Below are positions 9,693 to 20,081 of a DNA stretch of 64,000 nucleotides, one piece after another. Under the pieces are notes generated by a model. It was not told the DNA's origin, did not search any database, and saw nothing but the letters and a program-made list of their open reading frames with translations. The stretch covers positions 1 to 64,000 of the IMG/VR virus record IMGVR_UViG_3300032325_000466. The stretch is one strand, 5' to 3'. Source of the DNA: a virus. The position numbers were made by a program, and so were the translations under genes. Position 1 is the first letter of the stretch. The number at the start of each line of letters is the position of its first letter.

Positions 9693-9891
9693 TCTTCAAC
9701 TCCAATTATCTTTAAATCACAATATAAATCTTCTATACCTTGTCCCGAATACTTACGCATCATTTCTTGTGTCTTGGCATGCTTGCGTTCATATAATGTA
9801 AGTGCTTTTTGGGCATCTTTCATTGTAGCGTAGTGTCCAATAACATAAGGTTTCTTTGCCTTAGAATGGGATACCAAAGTGTAGGGCTTTT

Positions 9892-10110
9892 TCACTTGCC
9901 AATACCAAAATGATGATTTAATCTTTCACTAACTAAATTCTTACCGTTATCTTCATTATTAACCCAATCGTCTCCTACAATGCCACACTCTTGGATAATA
10001 AGTTCAGCTAATTTTTCGATAGCCTTACGATCATATTCATCCATTTCGTCCCAACATCCTTGTGCTGTTAACCCAGCCCGATACATTAGGTCTTCAAATC
10101 GTGCGTTCAC
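9892..10110 (-). CDS. Paralog family member 5
   Basis: MNARFEDL...EKLAELIIQEC...HFGIGK. Confidence 0.75.
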   Translation of the reverse strand: MNARFEDLMYRAGLTAQGCWDEMDEYDRKAIEKLAELIIQECGIVGDDWVNNEDNGKNLVSERLNHHFGIGK

Positions 10111-10435
10111 TATTTTAATCCAATAAATTTTTTGATACGATTATACCAACTTTTAGAATTATAACTTTCACCCTGTAGTGCAAGTCTAACGAAAACATAC
10201 AGTGCCATCACAATAGGTACACTGATAATCACCATTATAATATAGGCTAATGTAGACATTATTTAACTCAATGAAATAGTTTGTAAATTAGTGTGTTCAT
10301 CGTAATTCCTCTAATGCTCGCTTAATATGTTTCTTTTTGTAATGTGAAAAATGTTTTATAATTTCTTCATCAAACAAATAGTGGGGGTTGCTTCGTTCAT
10401 GATCACCTATAAATTCTTCAACCTCTTCTAATAAT

Positions 10436-10699
10436 TTAGCAAATTTTTCTTCTTTCATTTTTAATTCCAAAATGCTGTTCAATCTGTTTATAAATTGGCA
10501 TACCATCTCCCAAATTATATTGTTCTGCCCACCATGCTTTGGCGGCACATTCACGCACAATAAGTTCGCAGAACCTTTCCTGAATCAACCATTTTACATG
10601 ATAGGAATCTGTATTGAGCCTAGATACATCACCCCCGGTATGTTCATCTGCTACAAGTTGTAAAGCCTCTTCAGACAGTTTACGAATTAGTGTGTTCAT
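10436..10699 (-). CDS. Paralog family member 6
   Basis: MNTLIRKL...ERFCELIVRECA...HFGIK. Confidence 0.7.
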   Translation of the reverse strand: MNTLIRKLSEEALQLVADEHTGGDVSRLNTDSYHVKWLIQERFCELIVRECAAKAWWAEQYNLGDGMPIYKQIEQHFGIKNERRKIC

Positions 10700-11100
10700 A
10701 GTTCACCTTGGTAAGTTTTGTTATCTACGCCATCTTTCAAAATCAACCACACTTCCTCTTTACGAGAGAAGATCAGATGATGCCTTTCCAAAATCTCTCT
10801 ACGCTGCGATTCGGTAGTTGAGTCACACCAATTATTTACCGCATTATAGTTGCCCCATGCTTGTTTGGGCATAACATTGACGAGCCAATTTGCAAGACTT
10901 TTTAACGCATTTACAGAATTGCCAGGATGACTACACCCCATAGCAGACACAAAATCATTGGCTAACACCGCAGTGAAAAAACTTCCTGGTTTCCAGCCAT
11001 GGACCAAATAACAATAGATGGGGTCGGCAAATTCTGAAGGTACTTCCCAATCGTAGAAAGAATCCATCATACGGTTACTACTACATAGGGCAAGTTCCAT
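10696..11100 (-). CDS. Phage hypothetical protein
   Basis: PGSFFTAVLANDFVSA pattern; ATGA-coupled to the next gene. Confidence 0.65.
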   Translation of the reverse strand: MELALCSSNRMMDSFYDWEVPSEFADPIYCYLVHGWKPGSFFTAVLANDFVSAMGCSHPGNSVNALKSLANWLVNVMPKQAWGNYNAVNNWCDSTTESQRREILERHHLIFSRKEEVWLILKDGVDNKTYQGEL

Positions 11101-11419
11101 TACTTCGTACCTGTAATATTAAATATACTGTAACAAAGATTGAATGAGGGCAAGTGCGCCTACAACCGAGATTGTAGCAACAATTCCACCAAAGATAAAA
11201 ATTGGGATCCAATCAGCAAGATCATTCAAAAAGGCTTTCATCATTTACTCCTAAATGTTTATTCAATCTCTGTTTCAAAAGTAGAAATTTCTTGATCATC
11301 TGTTAGGTCCAGACTCTCTAGTGCGGCATCTAGATTGACGCAGGATGCAAACACCCGAACAATTACATCGGGAATCTCACTGTCTTCGTTGAATGTTTGA
11401 ATAGTATAGCCGTAGACTT

Positions 11420-11659
11420 TCATGATTCAACTCCAAAATGATCTTTAACTCTGGCTATGGCAGCAATTTTAGCAGTTTTATATGCGCCAGATGCGGAACA
11501 GTCTGTATCAGGAATAGCTTCATTAATTTGCGTAATGCACTCCCGCACAATCAACTCGGTAACGTATTCCAACATTTCAGGATCGGTCTCCCATCGGTGC
11601 ATTGGGACCAGCTTGCCGGCGACTGCTTCAATTGCGAGTTCTTTAGCTCGTTCGTTCAT
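11420..11659 (-). CDS. Paralog family member 7
   Basis: MNERAKELA...ELIVRECI...HFGVES. Confidence 0.75.
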   Translation of the reverse strand: MNERAKELAIEAVAGKLVPMHRWETDPEMLEYVTELIVRECITQINEAIPDTDCSASGAYKTAKIAAIARVKDHFGVES

Positions 11660-11868
11660 TCTTCAACTCCAAAATGTTTAGCGATAACTTCTGATGATTC
11701 CAAATGATCCCATTGCCCAGTTGGATTTTTAGGAAGGTCCGCAACACTCATACATTCTCGGATAATCAGTTCAGCAAACTTATCCATTGCACCATCTATA
11801 GACTTTTGATTAGCACAAGCATAATCAATAGACTGGGCCATAAGTTCTTTAATTCGCTTGTTCATCAT
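11656..11868 (-). CDS. Paralog family member 8
   Basis: MNKRIKELM...DKFAELIIREC...HFGVEE. Confidence 0.75.
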   Translation of the reverse strand: MMNKRIKELMAQSIDYACANQKSIDGAMDKFAELIIRECMSVADLPKNPTGQWDHLESSEVIAKHFGVEE

Positions 11869-12103
11869 TTACTCCTTACCGTTTAATACATTATCTGCGG
11901 TTTGTAGTGCCTTTGCTGGGTTAATCAACCCAAGAAAAGCTACCGTGATGCCAAACAGAAAAACTCGGATTCGATTCTTCATCGTATTATCTTCCTTGGT
12001 TCAAGAGTTCTTTTTTGAATTGTTCTTGGCGAGTCATGATTTAATCCGTTCGTTCAGTGTATATAGATATTATACACTCTTACCGATTTATTGTCAACCT
12101 AGG

Positions 12104-12373
12104 TTAGTTGTCCTCTTTATCGATATCATTTATATGTTTTTTTATAGTTTCAAGATTAGTTGAAATTTTTATAGCAAGATAGTTGAAAAAATCAGCAGGA
12201 GATAATATCTTTCGCATAGTTTCAAGTGTATCCTGAAACTCTCTAGCATGGGATTGTTGCTCTACAGTGGGTAGCTGAGTAATGAATTCTTCAAGCAATC
12301 GTGCTCTTTCTCTTTCAAAAGCATCTGGGTCAGTCAATGCTAATCGGGCTAATTTATCAAAATCAAAACTCAT
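12104..12373 (-). CDS. DUF3135-like protein
   Basis: FDFDKLARLALTDPDAFERER pattern. Confidence 0.55.
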   Translation of the reverse strand: MSFDFDKLARLALTDPDAFERERARLLEEFITQLPTVEQQSHAREFQDTLETMRKILSPADFFNYLAIKISTNLETIKKHINDIDKEDN

Positions 12374-12428
12374 AATTTTTCCTCTACTTAGTTATTTTAA
12401 GCGTAGCTTCCCACTTTATTTAAATAGC

Positions 12429-12451
12429 AAAAACTGGGCCGAAGCCCAGTT
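12429..12451 (-). terminator. Intrinsic terminator (UUCG hairpin) after the S53 gene
   Basis: AACTGGGC-TTCG-GCCCAGTT followed by T run. Confidence 0.85.
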
Positions 12452-12457
12452 AGTTGA

Positions 12458-14002
12458 TCAGTTTGTTGACAGCGTTTCTAGAATTTTACCATTTGGGCTG
12501 CCCCAACCTGAGGGTGAGTCGAATCCTGGGGCACCTGAACACCAAGTGCATTTGCCATTTGCACCTGAATTCACATCCATAAAGCTACCACCAAATACAC
12601 CTAGCCCTGGCCCAAATTCTTGATAGAGTCGAGGACTAAACTTACCAAGAGGTGCTAGTTTTTTAAGCGCCCGCTTTGCATTAGCCACTGCTACGATACC
12701 TGACCATTGGGGTGAGCCAATACTAGTGCCTCCAAAGCTGTACCAAGCGGTTCTGTTGTTAGTCGGATTAGTGAAAGCAACATACTGCCCTGTCCACGGA
12801 TCAGCGTTAATCGTAACATCATTACCTACTCGGGCAAGTACCCTGGGCGTTGGCGCCGTTGCTGCCGTCAGTGCAGGACTGGGGGTTTTAATGTTGTTTT
12901 GCCACTGGGGCTTGGGAAAGTTAGCACTGTATCCACCGCCTGTCAGGGTCCAAACCGTTTCATTTCGAGTAACAGTAGTACCATTTACGGTGTAGCTATT
13001 CAGTGCAGTACCACCAACTGAAATAACCGACGGGGACATTGCGGGCCAATTAGCCTGCATTCCTGAATCGCCTGAGGCTGCGATATAAGTCATATCCTTT
13101 CCTGTAAAGATAGACTCATATGAAACTAGTGTTTTGGAGTCTGCTGTACCAAAACTCATTGATACGACACCTGGACCAAGGTTATTTGCAAGTTGGATCC
13201 CAGAAGCCAAAGCATTCGTTGATGCAGTTGGCGCCGCAATCAGTACGATTCGGGCGAGAGGTGCAATTGCGTGAGCCCACTGAGTGTCAAGAGCAATTTC
13301 TTGCGCCCAACTTCCATTGAATGCGGGAGGTTTTGTAGTCATCGATTGTCCGTTACCTAGATACACAACTGCAATTGTGCAGTTATCGGACAATTTGCCT
13401 GGGGGCAGTGTTTTGGTAGTTACTGGCACAACTGTTTGGGTACATGTTGGCAGATTAAAGGTTTTGCTGAACAGGTTAAGATCGGCAACTGTATTCGGGT
13501 GATTATAAGCATTAACGATATAAATCGTTTGACCTGCACCAAGTGAAGCGCGAACATCATCGGTTAGTCCATTGATATTAGTTGGCACCGGCGGAAGTCC
13601 ATATGCAGCGCGAATTTGTTGGGGATTATACACAACCGCTTTTCTTTTAGCTGCTGCCAATGGCTGCACATCATCCTTCAGAGCAATAACCAATCCTTCG
13701 TCAGTCAGCGCCTTGGTATCGGCGCCAGCGAGATTTTTTCCAACATCTACTTCTAGTGGGGTATCACCTTGGTCGGAGAGAGGAGTATCAAGTGTGACAG
13801 GCAGTCGATGAAAAGTGGGACCCGATTCCTGTGAGCCAGTTGCATTGTCTGGATTGGTTTCTGTAATACCTGCTACCATATATGAGGTAGTGTCAGACCT
13901 GCGGCTTTCGAATTCTGCTTGAGTTTCTGCGCTGCAACCTGCTAGCATTGCCGCTGCGATTGAGGCTGATAGAACGGTGAGCCTGATTCCTGCGTTTTTC
14001 AT
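12458..14002 (-). CDS. S53 (sedolisin/kumamolisin-like) serine protease, predicted lipoprotein (start corrected to MKNAG)
   Basis: Lipobox LAGC; WAQEIALDTQWAH (ExxxD), SGDSG, GGTSIGSP, C-terminal GFDSPSGWGSPNG. Confidence 0.85.
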   Translation of the reverse strand: MKNAGIRLTVLSASIAAAMLAGCSAETQAEFESRRSDTTSYMVAGITETNPDNATGSQESGPTFHRLPVTLDTPLSDQGDTPLEVDVGKNLAGADTKALTDEGLVIALKDDVQPLAAAKRKAVVYNPQQIRAAYGLPPVPTNINGLTDDVRASLGAGQTIYIVNAYNHPNTVADLNLFSKTFNLPTCTQTVVPVTTKTLPPGKLSDNCTIAVVYLGNGQSMTTKPPAFNGSWAQEIALDTQWAHAIAPLARIVLIAAPTASTNALASGIQLANNLGPGVVSMSFGTADSKTLVSYESIFTGKDMTYIAASGDSGMQANWPAMSPSVISVGGTALNSYTVNGTTVTRNETVWTLTGGGYSANFPKPQWQNNIKTPSPALTAATAPTPRVLARVGNDVTINADPWTGQYVAFTNPTNNRTAWYSFGGTSIGSPQWSGIVAVANAKRALKKLAPLGKFSPRLYQEFGPGLGVFGGSFMDVNSGANGKCTWCSGAPGFDSPSGWGSPNGKILETLSTN

Positions 14003-14164
14003 TTTTAATCCTTTATTCGTAGAATAGAAAGTGTGAATTATATCACACTGTGGATATTCAGTATAGCGTTTAGTTGCCCAAAAGCAAATAACAAAACACA
14101 AAACCTAATACAAAGATTGAGGTATAAAGCACCACACGATCTGCCATGAGATTTGTCCTAAAAG

Positions 14165-14329
14165 TTAGTCTTGGTATCGAGCACCCTCGACCAATACCGA
14201 GTCTACGGGACAGTCTTCGCCATATTGATGGTCGAACCTAGCCCAAGCCTCATCTCGGTCGCCAGCTTCGATTTTCACAATCAGGTCATGGCCTGAGGTG
14301 TCGTAAGTGTAAAATAGATAGGTTGTCAT
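14165..14329 (-). CDS. Small hypothetical protein (54 aa), not in ORF track
   Basis: MTTYLFYTYDTSGHDLIVKIEA...; ATGA overlap with the ArfA-like gene. Confidence 0.6.
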   Translation of the reverse strand: MTTYLFYTYDTSGHDLIVKIEAGDRDEAWARFDHQYGEDCPVDSVLVEGARYQD

Positions 14330-14481
14330 TCCCAGCCCTTTGCGGTGTGTTTGGGTTTGCGTTGATAAGACATTTTGGATTTAACCGTCTTGGGTTTGAA
14401 GGGAAGGTCCCTGTCAAACAGGACAGCATGATTACGGGACTTGCTACGCTTTACTTCAAAAGAAAGAAATTCGCGCTTCAT
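14326..14481 (-). CDS. ArfA-like alternative ribosome rescue factor (51 aa), not in ORF track
   Basis: MKREFLSFEVKRSKSRNHAVLFDRDLPFKPKTVKSKMSYQRKPKHTAKGWE; SYxRKxKH motif; directly behind promoter 14517-14545. Confidence 0.6.
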   Translation of the reverse strand: MKREFLSFEVKRSKSRNHAVLFDRDLPFKPKTVKSKMSYQRKPKHTAKGWE

Positions 14482-15068
14482 TTTGGTTACTTGATTAAAC
14501 TAGTTACGATACAAGTATTATAACATAGTGGGTATTTATTGTCAACCTTTGAATTTGGTATCAGTTCTTGAGAAAAGAACAGCATTGTTTCTTGATGCGT
14601 ATTCAACAGTTCTTTTAACCGATGCTTTATATTCCGAACTTACATGATCGTCAACAATATCGACAGGAACACTATATTTGTCTGCAATATTTTTTATTTC
14701 AGTTGTTATTGAAGTCAAATCTAATGGGTTGGCTGAAAAATATGCTTGGGCTTTTTCTCTAGCAAGGTTGAATACTGCTGATTGATAATCAGTCATGCTG
14801 GGCTCCAATATAACCGATTGCAGATAACTCATCACCGCTAACTTGATAAACGCCGCATGGTAACACAACAACCACACAATTATCTTGTAGATCCACTGTC
14901 AGTGAATGCACTCTGTGATATTGTTTGGATAGAGAAATTCTAAGTTTAGTGTACATCGCATTTACCAAATTTTCTAATATTATCGTCCCATCGAAGTCTA
15001 CCGAACATTTTAAATTACGGTGCTGCATATAACACCTATTACTGTAATAGATAGTATTTATCTGGTTG

Positions 15069-15371
15069 TTAAGCCTCAGGTGTTGACAATTCAAACCCTA
15101 CTCGTTTTACTGAGTTAAGGGTAAAGCTACGCCAACCATTGTTGTCCAAATCATAAACTGGTATTGCTGTTTCTTGAGTAACAGGTTTACTTTCTTTCAG
15201 TTCAGTCTTATGTTCAACTTTAGGTAACAAGTCAGGTTGAAGAGTGCAACGCATTACACGCTCAGTACCATCTTTTTTGGTAAAGGTAAGTGTAATAACA
15301 TTAGTCTGTAGCATATCGGTTAGCCATTGGCTGAACTCGATCCATTCTTCAGCAGTCCATTCACTGTTCAT
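15069..15371 (-). CDS. WYL_2/DUF2693-like SH3-barrel protein
   Basis: FTKKDGTERVMRCTL...VYDLDNNGWRSF. Confidence 0.7.
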   Translation of the reverse strand: MNSEWTAEEWIEFSQWLTDMLQTNVITLTFTKKDGTERVMRCTLQPDLLPKVEHKTELKESKPVTQETAIPVYDLDNNGWRSFTLNSVKRVGFELSTPEA

Positions 15372-15840
15372 CGCTTTTGCTATCCTTATAAGAAGTGAAG
15401 AAGTTTTTAATTTTTAGTTCTTCGTCCCAATCTTTTCCATATTCATTGTCTTGGTCGCACAGTTTTAGTGCTTCTTCTTTGGTTACTACACGATGACTTA
15501 CAATTTGTTCACCCAAATGTTCTTGGCTAAACTCTCGTGCTTCCTGCATAGTAACGGTATCCATTGCCCATTCACTTTTATCTCGGCCATATGCGTCGAT
15601 ACCAACAGGCACTTCAACCAAATAACGCATTCGGAATGTGCTTACTGCTTCAACCAATACCAGTTGTGTTTCTTCTACTACTTTCTTTTTGATAGAAAAA
15701 GTGCCATCTTCGTTTTCGGTCCAATCAAGCGTGTCACCAACTTCCCATCCTAGACTGTCACAAAGTCCTTCAGGGAAGGGTAGAATAAGATCGCCTGTTT
15801 CTGGATCTTCTTCTAAGCTAACTAAATATTTGTCGTGCAT
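15361..15840 (-). CDS. AbrB/MazE-like N-terminal domain protein
   Basis: GDLILPFPEGLCDSLGWEVGDTLDW. Confidence 0.6.
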   Translation of the reverse strand: MHDKYLVSLEEDPETGDLILPFPEGLCDSLGWEVGDTLDWTENEDGTFSIKKKVVEETQLVLVEAVSTFRMRYLVEVPVGIDAYGRDKSEWAMDTVTMQEAREFSQEHLGEQIVSHRVVTKEEALKLCDQDNEYGKDWDEELKIKNFFTSYKDSKSDEQ

Positions 15841-15843
15841 ATA

Positions 15844-16155
15844 TCACCTGTAAAATAAGATTTTAATTAAACCAATGCCATCAATCGTAGTAATCAATAA
15901 GTAATTTAAAAACATTCCCATACTATTTCTAGTCCATGCGCTCCAAGCAAAAATCGCGCATTGAAAAATATAAAAAGGGTACAACCAATACATTGGGGGA
16001 TAGGGTGCAAATACTGCTACTGTAATCGTACATGCGATTGACACTACCCATGCTATTACTTCTAATATAAACCTATTACTGTTACTATGATAGTCTTGCT
16101 TGACCCAAGCCCAAGTAGCTGATAGCCCTTGTTTAATTCGGTGTGTGGAGTTCAC
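15844..16155 (-). CDS. Small membrane protein
   Basis: Three hydrophobic segments. Confidence 0.65.
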   Translation of the reverse strand: MNSTHRIKQGLSATWAWVKQDYHSNSNRFILEVIAWVVSIACTITVAVFAPYPPMYWLYPFYIFQCAIFAWSAWTRNSMGMFLNYLLITTIDGIGLIKILFYR

Positions 16156-16649
16156 TCAGCAGCTTCCATTGCCGTTCGTAATATCTGGTCTACCATTTGA
16201 TTGATAGTGATATCACGCTTATGAGCTTCCATGGCCAATTGCAAAAGAACCTCATCTTCTAAATCAAGTTGAACTTGGATTCTGGGATCGAAAGTTTTTC
16301 CATTAAAAATAGCTTGAGCCTTTTCTAAAAAATCTGCTGGCACTTCCAAATCAACATAACTGATTGTATCCAGAGCAATATTGAAGTCTGTGCCTCGTGC
16401 CGCACATTCAGCTTTATATGCTGGAAAGAATTCAGGATCAATCCAACGATAGATAGGAAGCTGAGAATCTTCAGAAGGCCAAATTTCGGCTTGATATACT
16501 CGCTGATCCTCAGTAGAGAATACTACGGACACTTGAGCATGGTCACTGGTATAATCCAAGAACCTACCATTTGGATAGCATGACCAACAATATTCACTAC
16601 CTTCAAAAATTTTATGGTCAAGAATTTCATTGATTTCTTTAATGTGCAT
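16152..16649 (-). CDS. Hypothetical protein with C-terminal RHH-like segment
   Basis: LAMEAHKRDITINQMVDQIL. Confidence 0.55.
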   Translation of the reverse strand: MHIKEINEILDHKIFEGSEYCWSCYPNGRFLDYTSDHAQVSVVFSTEDQRVYQAEIWPSEDSQLPIYRWIDPEFFPAYKAECAARGTDFNIALDTISYVDLEVPADFLEKAQAIFNGKTFDPRIQVQLDLEDEVLLQLAMEAHKRDITINQMVDQILRTAMEAAE

Positions 16650-16717
16650 CTTTTAACCTTTTGTATTTGTTTCAATATAACACAGTGATTGGTTTAAGTC
16701 AATCACTGTTTACCCAT

Positions 16718-17752
16718 TTACTTGTCCGTTTTCAGCAGGTACTGATTGCTTACCGCTTTCCAATGTGCCTGTCCACGAATCTCTTTGAACACCAAACCCT
16801 CACGCAGCTTGTTTGGGTTCAGTTGGCTTTGGCCATCAGCCATTTTGAGGATAGTTGCAACGGTGTGATTAGTAATAGTGAGTGCATCAGCAAAAACAGG
16901 AACATGATTCAGTCCAAGGTCTTTGCAAATTCGCTGCCTCTGTGGTGGGCTGACATATTGGGCAGTGTTTACATCATAGATAGCAAAGACATAAAAATCC
17001 TGACCCTTGATGCCATAATGATTGCCTTGAACTCCTTCACCAATCAGTTCACCCTGAATGATAAAATTGTCCATGCTCTGATTACGCATCTTGGCTTCGA
17101 TGTCATAGCGGCGAGCCTGTGCCCAAAAACTATTGCCCTCACTTTCAGCCAGATTCAAATTGCGACTGCACACAATGAACTCACCGCCGATCAGCCCCAC
17201 ACTCATCGAAGAGCCTTCAAGCTTTTCGGTTACTTCATATGCCGCGGTGCTGATTTCGTGCCATTCATTGGCCAAATTTTGGATACGCTCTTCGTCGGTT
17301 TTGGGGAACACTGAGGGAAAAGGTCCAGCTACGATGCCTGCGAGTTGGGCGGGGATGGGCGGCTCATATTTTTGAATGCCCAGTGCTTCAGATACATCGT
17401 CGCCTTCTTGGTACGGTGTAGCATCTGATGCCGACAACACAACCGTATCACCAAAACGCTCACCCACTCTGATGAGCAGGCCTTGGCTAACCTGACCACG
17501 CAACTTCACAGTACGCAGCCGTTCTCCCTTGACGCCATTGTACTCTCGGGGTTCATTGTCTTTGCTCAAAAATGGAGCAATAGTATTGGGGATCCAAGAA
17601 TCCACTTCACAGTAGACCGCCAAGTCACCTACAGCAAACTCATCCCGCTTGACGACTACTTGCCATCCACCAATCGTGGCCACTTCAATGGCATCAGCAT
17701 TTGGGATGGGAGAGATTGCATCGATTTTACGAACACTTGCCATTTTACGCAT
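16718..17752 (-). CDS. RNA ligase (DRB0094/Rnl2-like) with N-terminal OB domain
   Basis: PKTDEERIQN, EKLEGSS (motif I), GELIG, EGLVFK. Confidence 0.9.
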   Translation of the reverse strand: MRKMASVRKIDAISPIPNADAIEVATIGGWQVVVKRDEFAVGDLAVYCEVDSWIPNTIAPFLSKDNEPREYNGVKGERLRTVKLRGQVSQGLLIRVGERFGDTVVLSASDATPYQEGDDVSEALGIQKYEPPIPAQLAGIVAGPFPSVFPKTDEERIQNLANEWHEISTAAYEVTEKLEGSSMSVGLIGGEFIVCSRNLNLAESEGNSFWAQARRYDIEAKMRNQSMDNFIIQGELIGEGVQGNHYGIKGQDFYVFAIYDVNTAQYVSPPQRQRICKDLGLNHVPVFADALTITNHTVATILKMADGQSQLNPNKLREGLVFKEIRGQAHWKAVSNQYLLKTDK

Positions 17753-17810
17753 GATTTTTTATTCCGTTTCTTCAGTAGATAGTGTATTATACACCCTTAT
17801 CCATTTATTG

Positions 17811-18212
17811 TCAATGTGCCGTGATAAAGACACTAGCGAAAGCCCCAATATTCTGAGTACGGATAGCTGGATCAATGGTGATTTTTTCTATCTTACCCAG
17901 TGCTAAATTGTCGTGAATGTCTTTTGCTTCCTTCAATCCACAACCAGTTGCCATGCGAATAGCTCTAATACCTTCGACACGGTTGACAGTCTTGTCGTAC
18001 TTTGCCAAATCCAACCTAAGGGTCAGCTGGTCATTGTATTCACCCGTAAGTAGGGCAATGAAAATCTTGCCCTTGATATCGGGATCAAGTGTGCTGGCTA
18101 TAGCGTCCCAAAGCTTCATGCCTTCTTCCGAACCATAGGCTTCGGCGATGCTACGCATGAAGTGGATACCAGATTGCAGTACTTGGGGTTCGTGTTCTTT
18201 AGGAATCGTCAT
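17811..18212 (-). CDS. Protein with ribosomal L7/L12 C-terminal-domain-like motif
   Basis: RVEGIRAIRMATGCGLKEAKDI resembles KIxVIKxVRExTGLGLKEAKD. Confidence 0.5.
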   Translation of the reverse strand: MTIPKEHEPQVLQSGIHFMRSIAEAYGSEEGMKLWDAIASTLDPDIKGKIFIALLTGEYNDQLTLRLDLAKYDKTVNRVEGIRAIRMATGCGLKEAKDIHDNLALGKIEKITIDPAIRTQNIGAFASVFITAH

Positions 18213-19216
18213 TTTATAGGCTCAGTAGTTTCAGATCTTATTATACACCCAAAACTCAGTCATTTAGGAAGCGGCCTGATTTTCCAAACTTCTTAGACAG
18301 GCGCTCAAATTCAGCCCTTTCACGGGCTTCGCGGTCATCACCCAGTGCTTTTTCTTCAGCAACACGGCTCTGATATTCTTCTTCAGTTTCTTCCCTAGAA
18401 ACTAAAATTCCAAATCGGGGAGAAGCTTCACTGGAATACGGCTCATAATGATGAGGATCATAATCCAGTCTGGCCTTTGACCCGTATGTTTTAATCAACG
18501 CCTTGACTTCTTTCAGAACGTCTTCCAGTGTACGCTCAAAGTCATAGGGTGAGAAAGTTTGAGCCGTGACAGTGATGATTTTGCGCTTATCCATTTTGTA
18601 ACTCCGTTTTCTTAGTGTATAACCATATTATACACTCTTACCCATTTATTGTCAACCTAGGCTATGATCCATGCTTCGTTGTCATAGAGTATAATACTTT
18701 CCATACCATCATATGATTCTATTCTAAATTTAGCACCTTGAGGAACCCAACAGATAACCAAATTCTTAAGGTCTCGGTCTGTATAACTATATGCCAAATC
18801 AGGAAATTTCAGCACCAAATAGGTCTTCAATTTTTCCCATTGTTTTTCTTTATGCAAACTAACAATGCCGGGATCAAATAATAGTTCAGGGATATCTGGA
18901 TACATACTAGACCAACCCAAACCGTACTCAGAATGAATCATTACTGCTACTTTCCCATCTACAATTACTTTTTCCATAATATAAGTTACCCTAGATCACC
19001 GTCACGTGGGACTCGTTTTCTTAAGCCGTTCATCCAATTTAAAACACTTTGATCAATCAGTGGCTCAAGCGTTTCATCTGCATTCTTGAATCCATCTTTC
19101 ATGATCTCTTGAATGTTATCGCGTAAAGCGTCATGGTCTTGGTGTGTGGCAATCAGTGCTTTAATCATAACACTCATTGCCACGAATTGTGCCGCACTTT
19201 TATCATCCATAGTTTA

Positions 19217-19417
19217 TTATTTAAAATGGTCTTGAATAATTTGACTGATAGATTTTGGATCGCTCGCTTGATAAGCTTGTGCGTTATGTTTCTCAACAGC
19301 GTGAATGCACTCATGCATGATTATCTGGGCGAACTTTTCAACACTTGGACCGACTTGGGTAAGTTCAGTGGGGAAGAAACCAGCCTCTTCGGCAAGTTGG
19401 TTAAGTCTGGGAGTCAT
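19217..19417 (-). CDS. Paralog family member 9
   Basis: MTPRLNQLAEEAG...EKFAQIIMHECI...DHFK. Confidence 0.7.
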   Translation of the reverse strand: MTPRLNQLAEEAGFFPTELTQVGPSVEKFAQIIMHECIHAVEKHNAQAYQASDPKSISQIIQDHFK

Positions 19418-19841
19418 CGTTCAAACTCTCTTCAATAAGTTTTTCTAACTCTGCAAACCATTCTGGATTACGTTCAATGATCTCGTCAACCACATCATCC
19501 AAATCTGCCAAACTTCTAAGTTTGTTTTTTGGATTTTTCATGTGATGCATCATTTCATCAATGGTGTATTCTTTAGGAATATGCCTAGCATCAAAATAAC
19601 CTGGATGGGTACATGCACCTTCATTGCATTCACAATATGGACTTCTACATGGAAACAATTCTTCACTCATTTGTCAACTCCTAAGATAGTTTATTGGGTA
19701 CCACTTCACATTCAATTACCCAATCGTTAAATTCAGTATACTTATTTACTACTACCCCTTGGTTCAGTGCTTCATTTACAAAATGTTGCAGCAACAAATT
19801 GTAAAGTTCGTCGGGCATTGTGTCTTTTTCAAATTTAATTT

Positions 19842-20081
19842 TCATTTTTGAACTCCAATTTGTTTTTCCCAAATAACTTTTTGGATTTGATTTTCTTCAT
19901 CTGTTAGCGTAACAGCCACAACTTCATCATTACTTTTAACAATGGTTATTTGATCGATAAAATTTGCCACAATCAACTCGGCGAACTTTTCTTTATCAAA
20001 AATCCAACCTTCACCACTGGTTGGTGTTGGTTCAATATAAGTAGTAGCCTGTTCGGCAAGTAGTTTAATTCTAGAGTTCAT
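19842..20081 (-). CDS. Paralog family member 10 (divergent C-terminus)
   Basis: MNSRIKLLAEQA...EKFAELIV. Confidence 0.7.
   Translation of the reverse strand: MNSRIKLLAEQATTYIEPTPTSGEGWIFDKEKFAELIVANFIDQITIVKSNDEVVAVTLTDEENQIQKVIWEKQIGVQK

Noticed and set aside
14003-14101. N-terminal extension of the S53 ORF
   Set aside because: The signal peptide and lipobox begin at MKNAG (14002)
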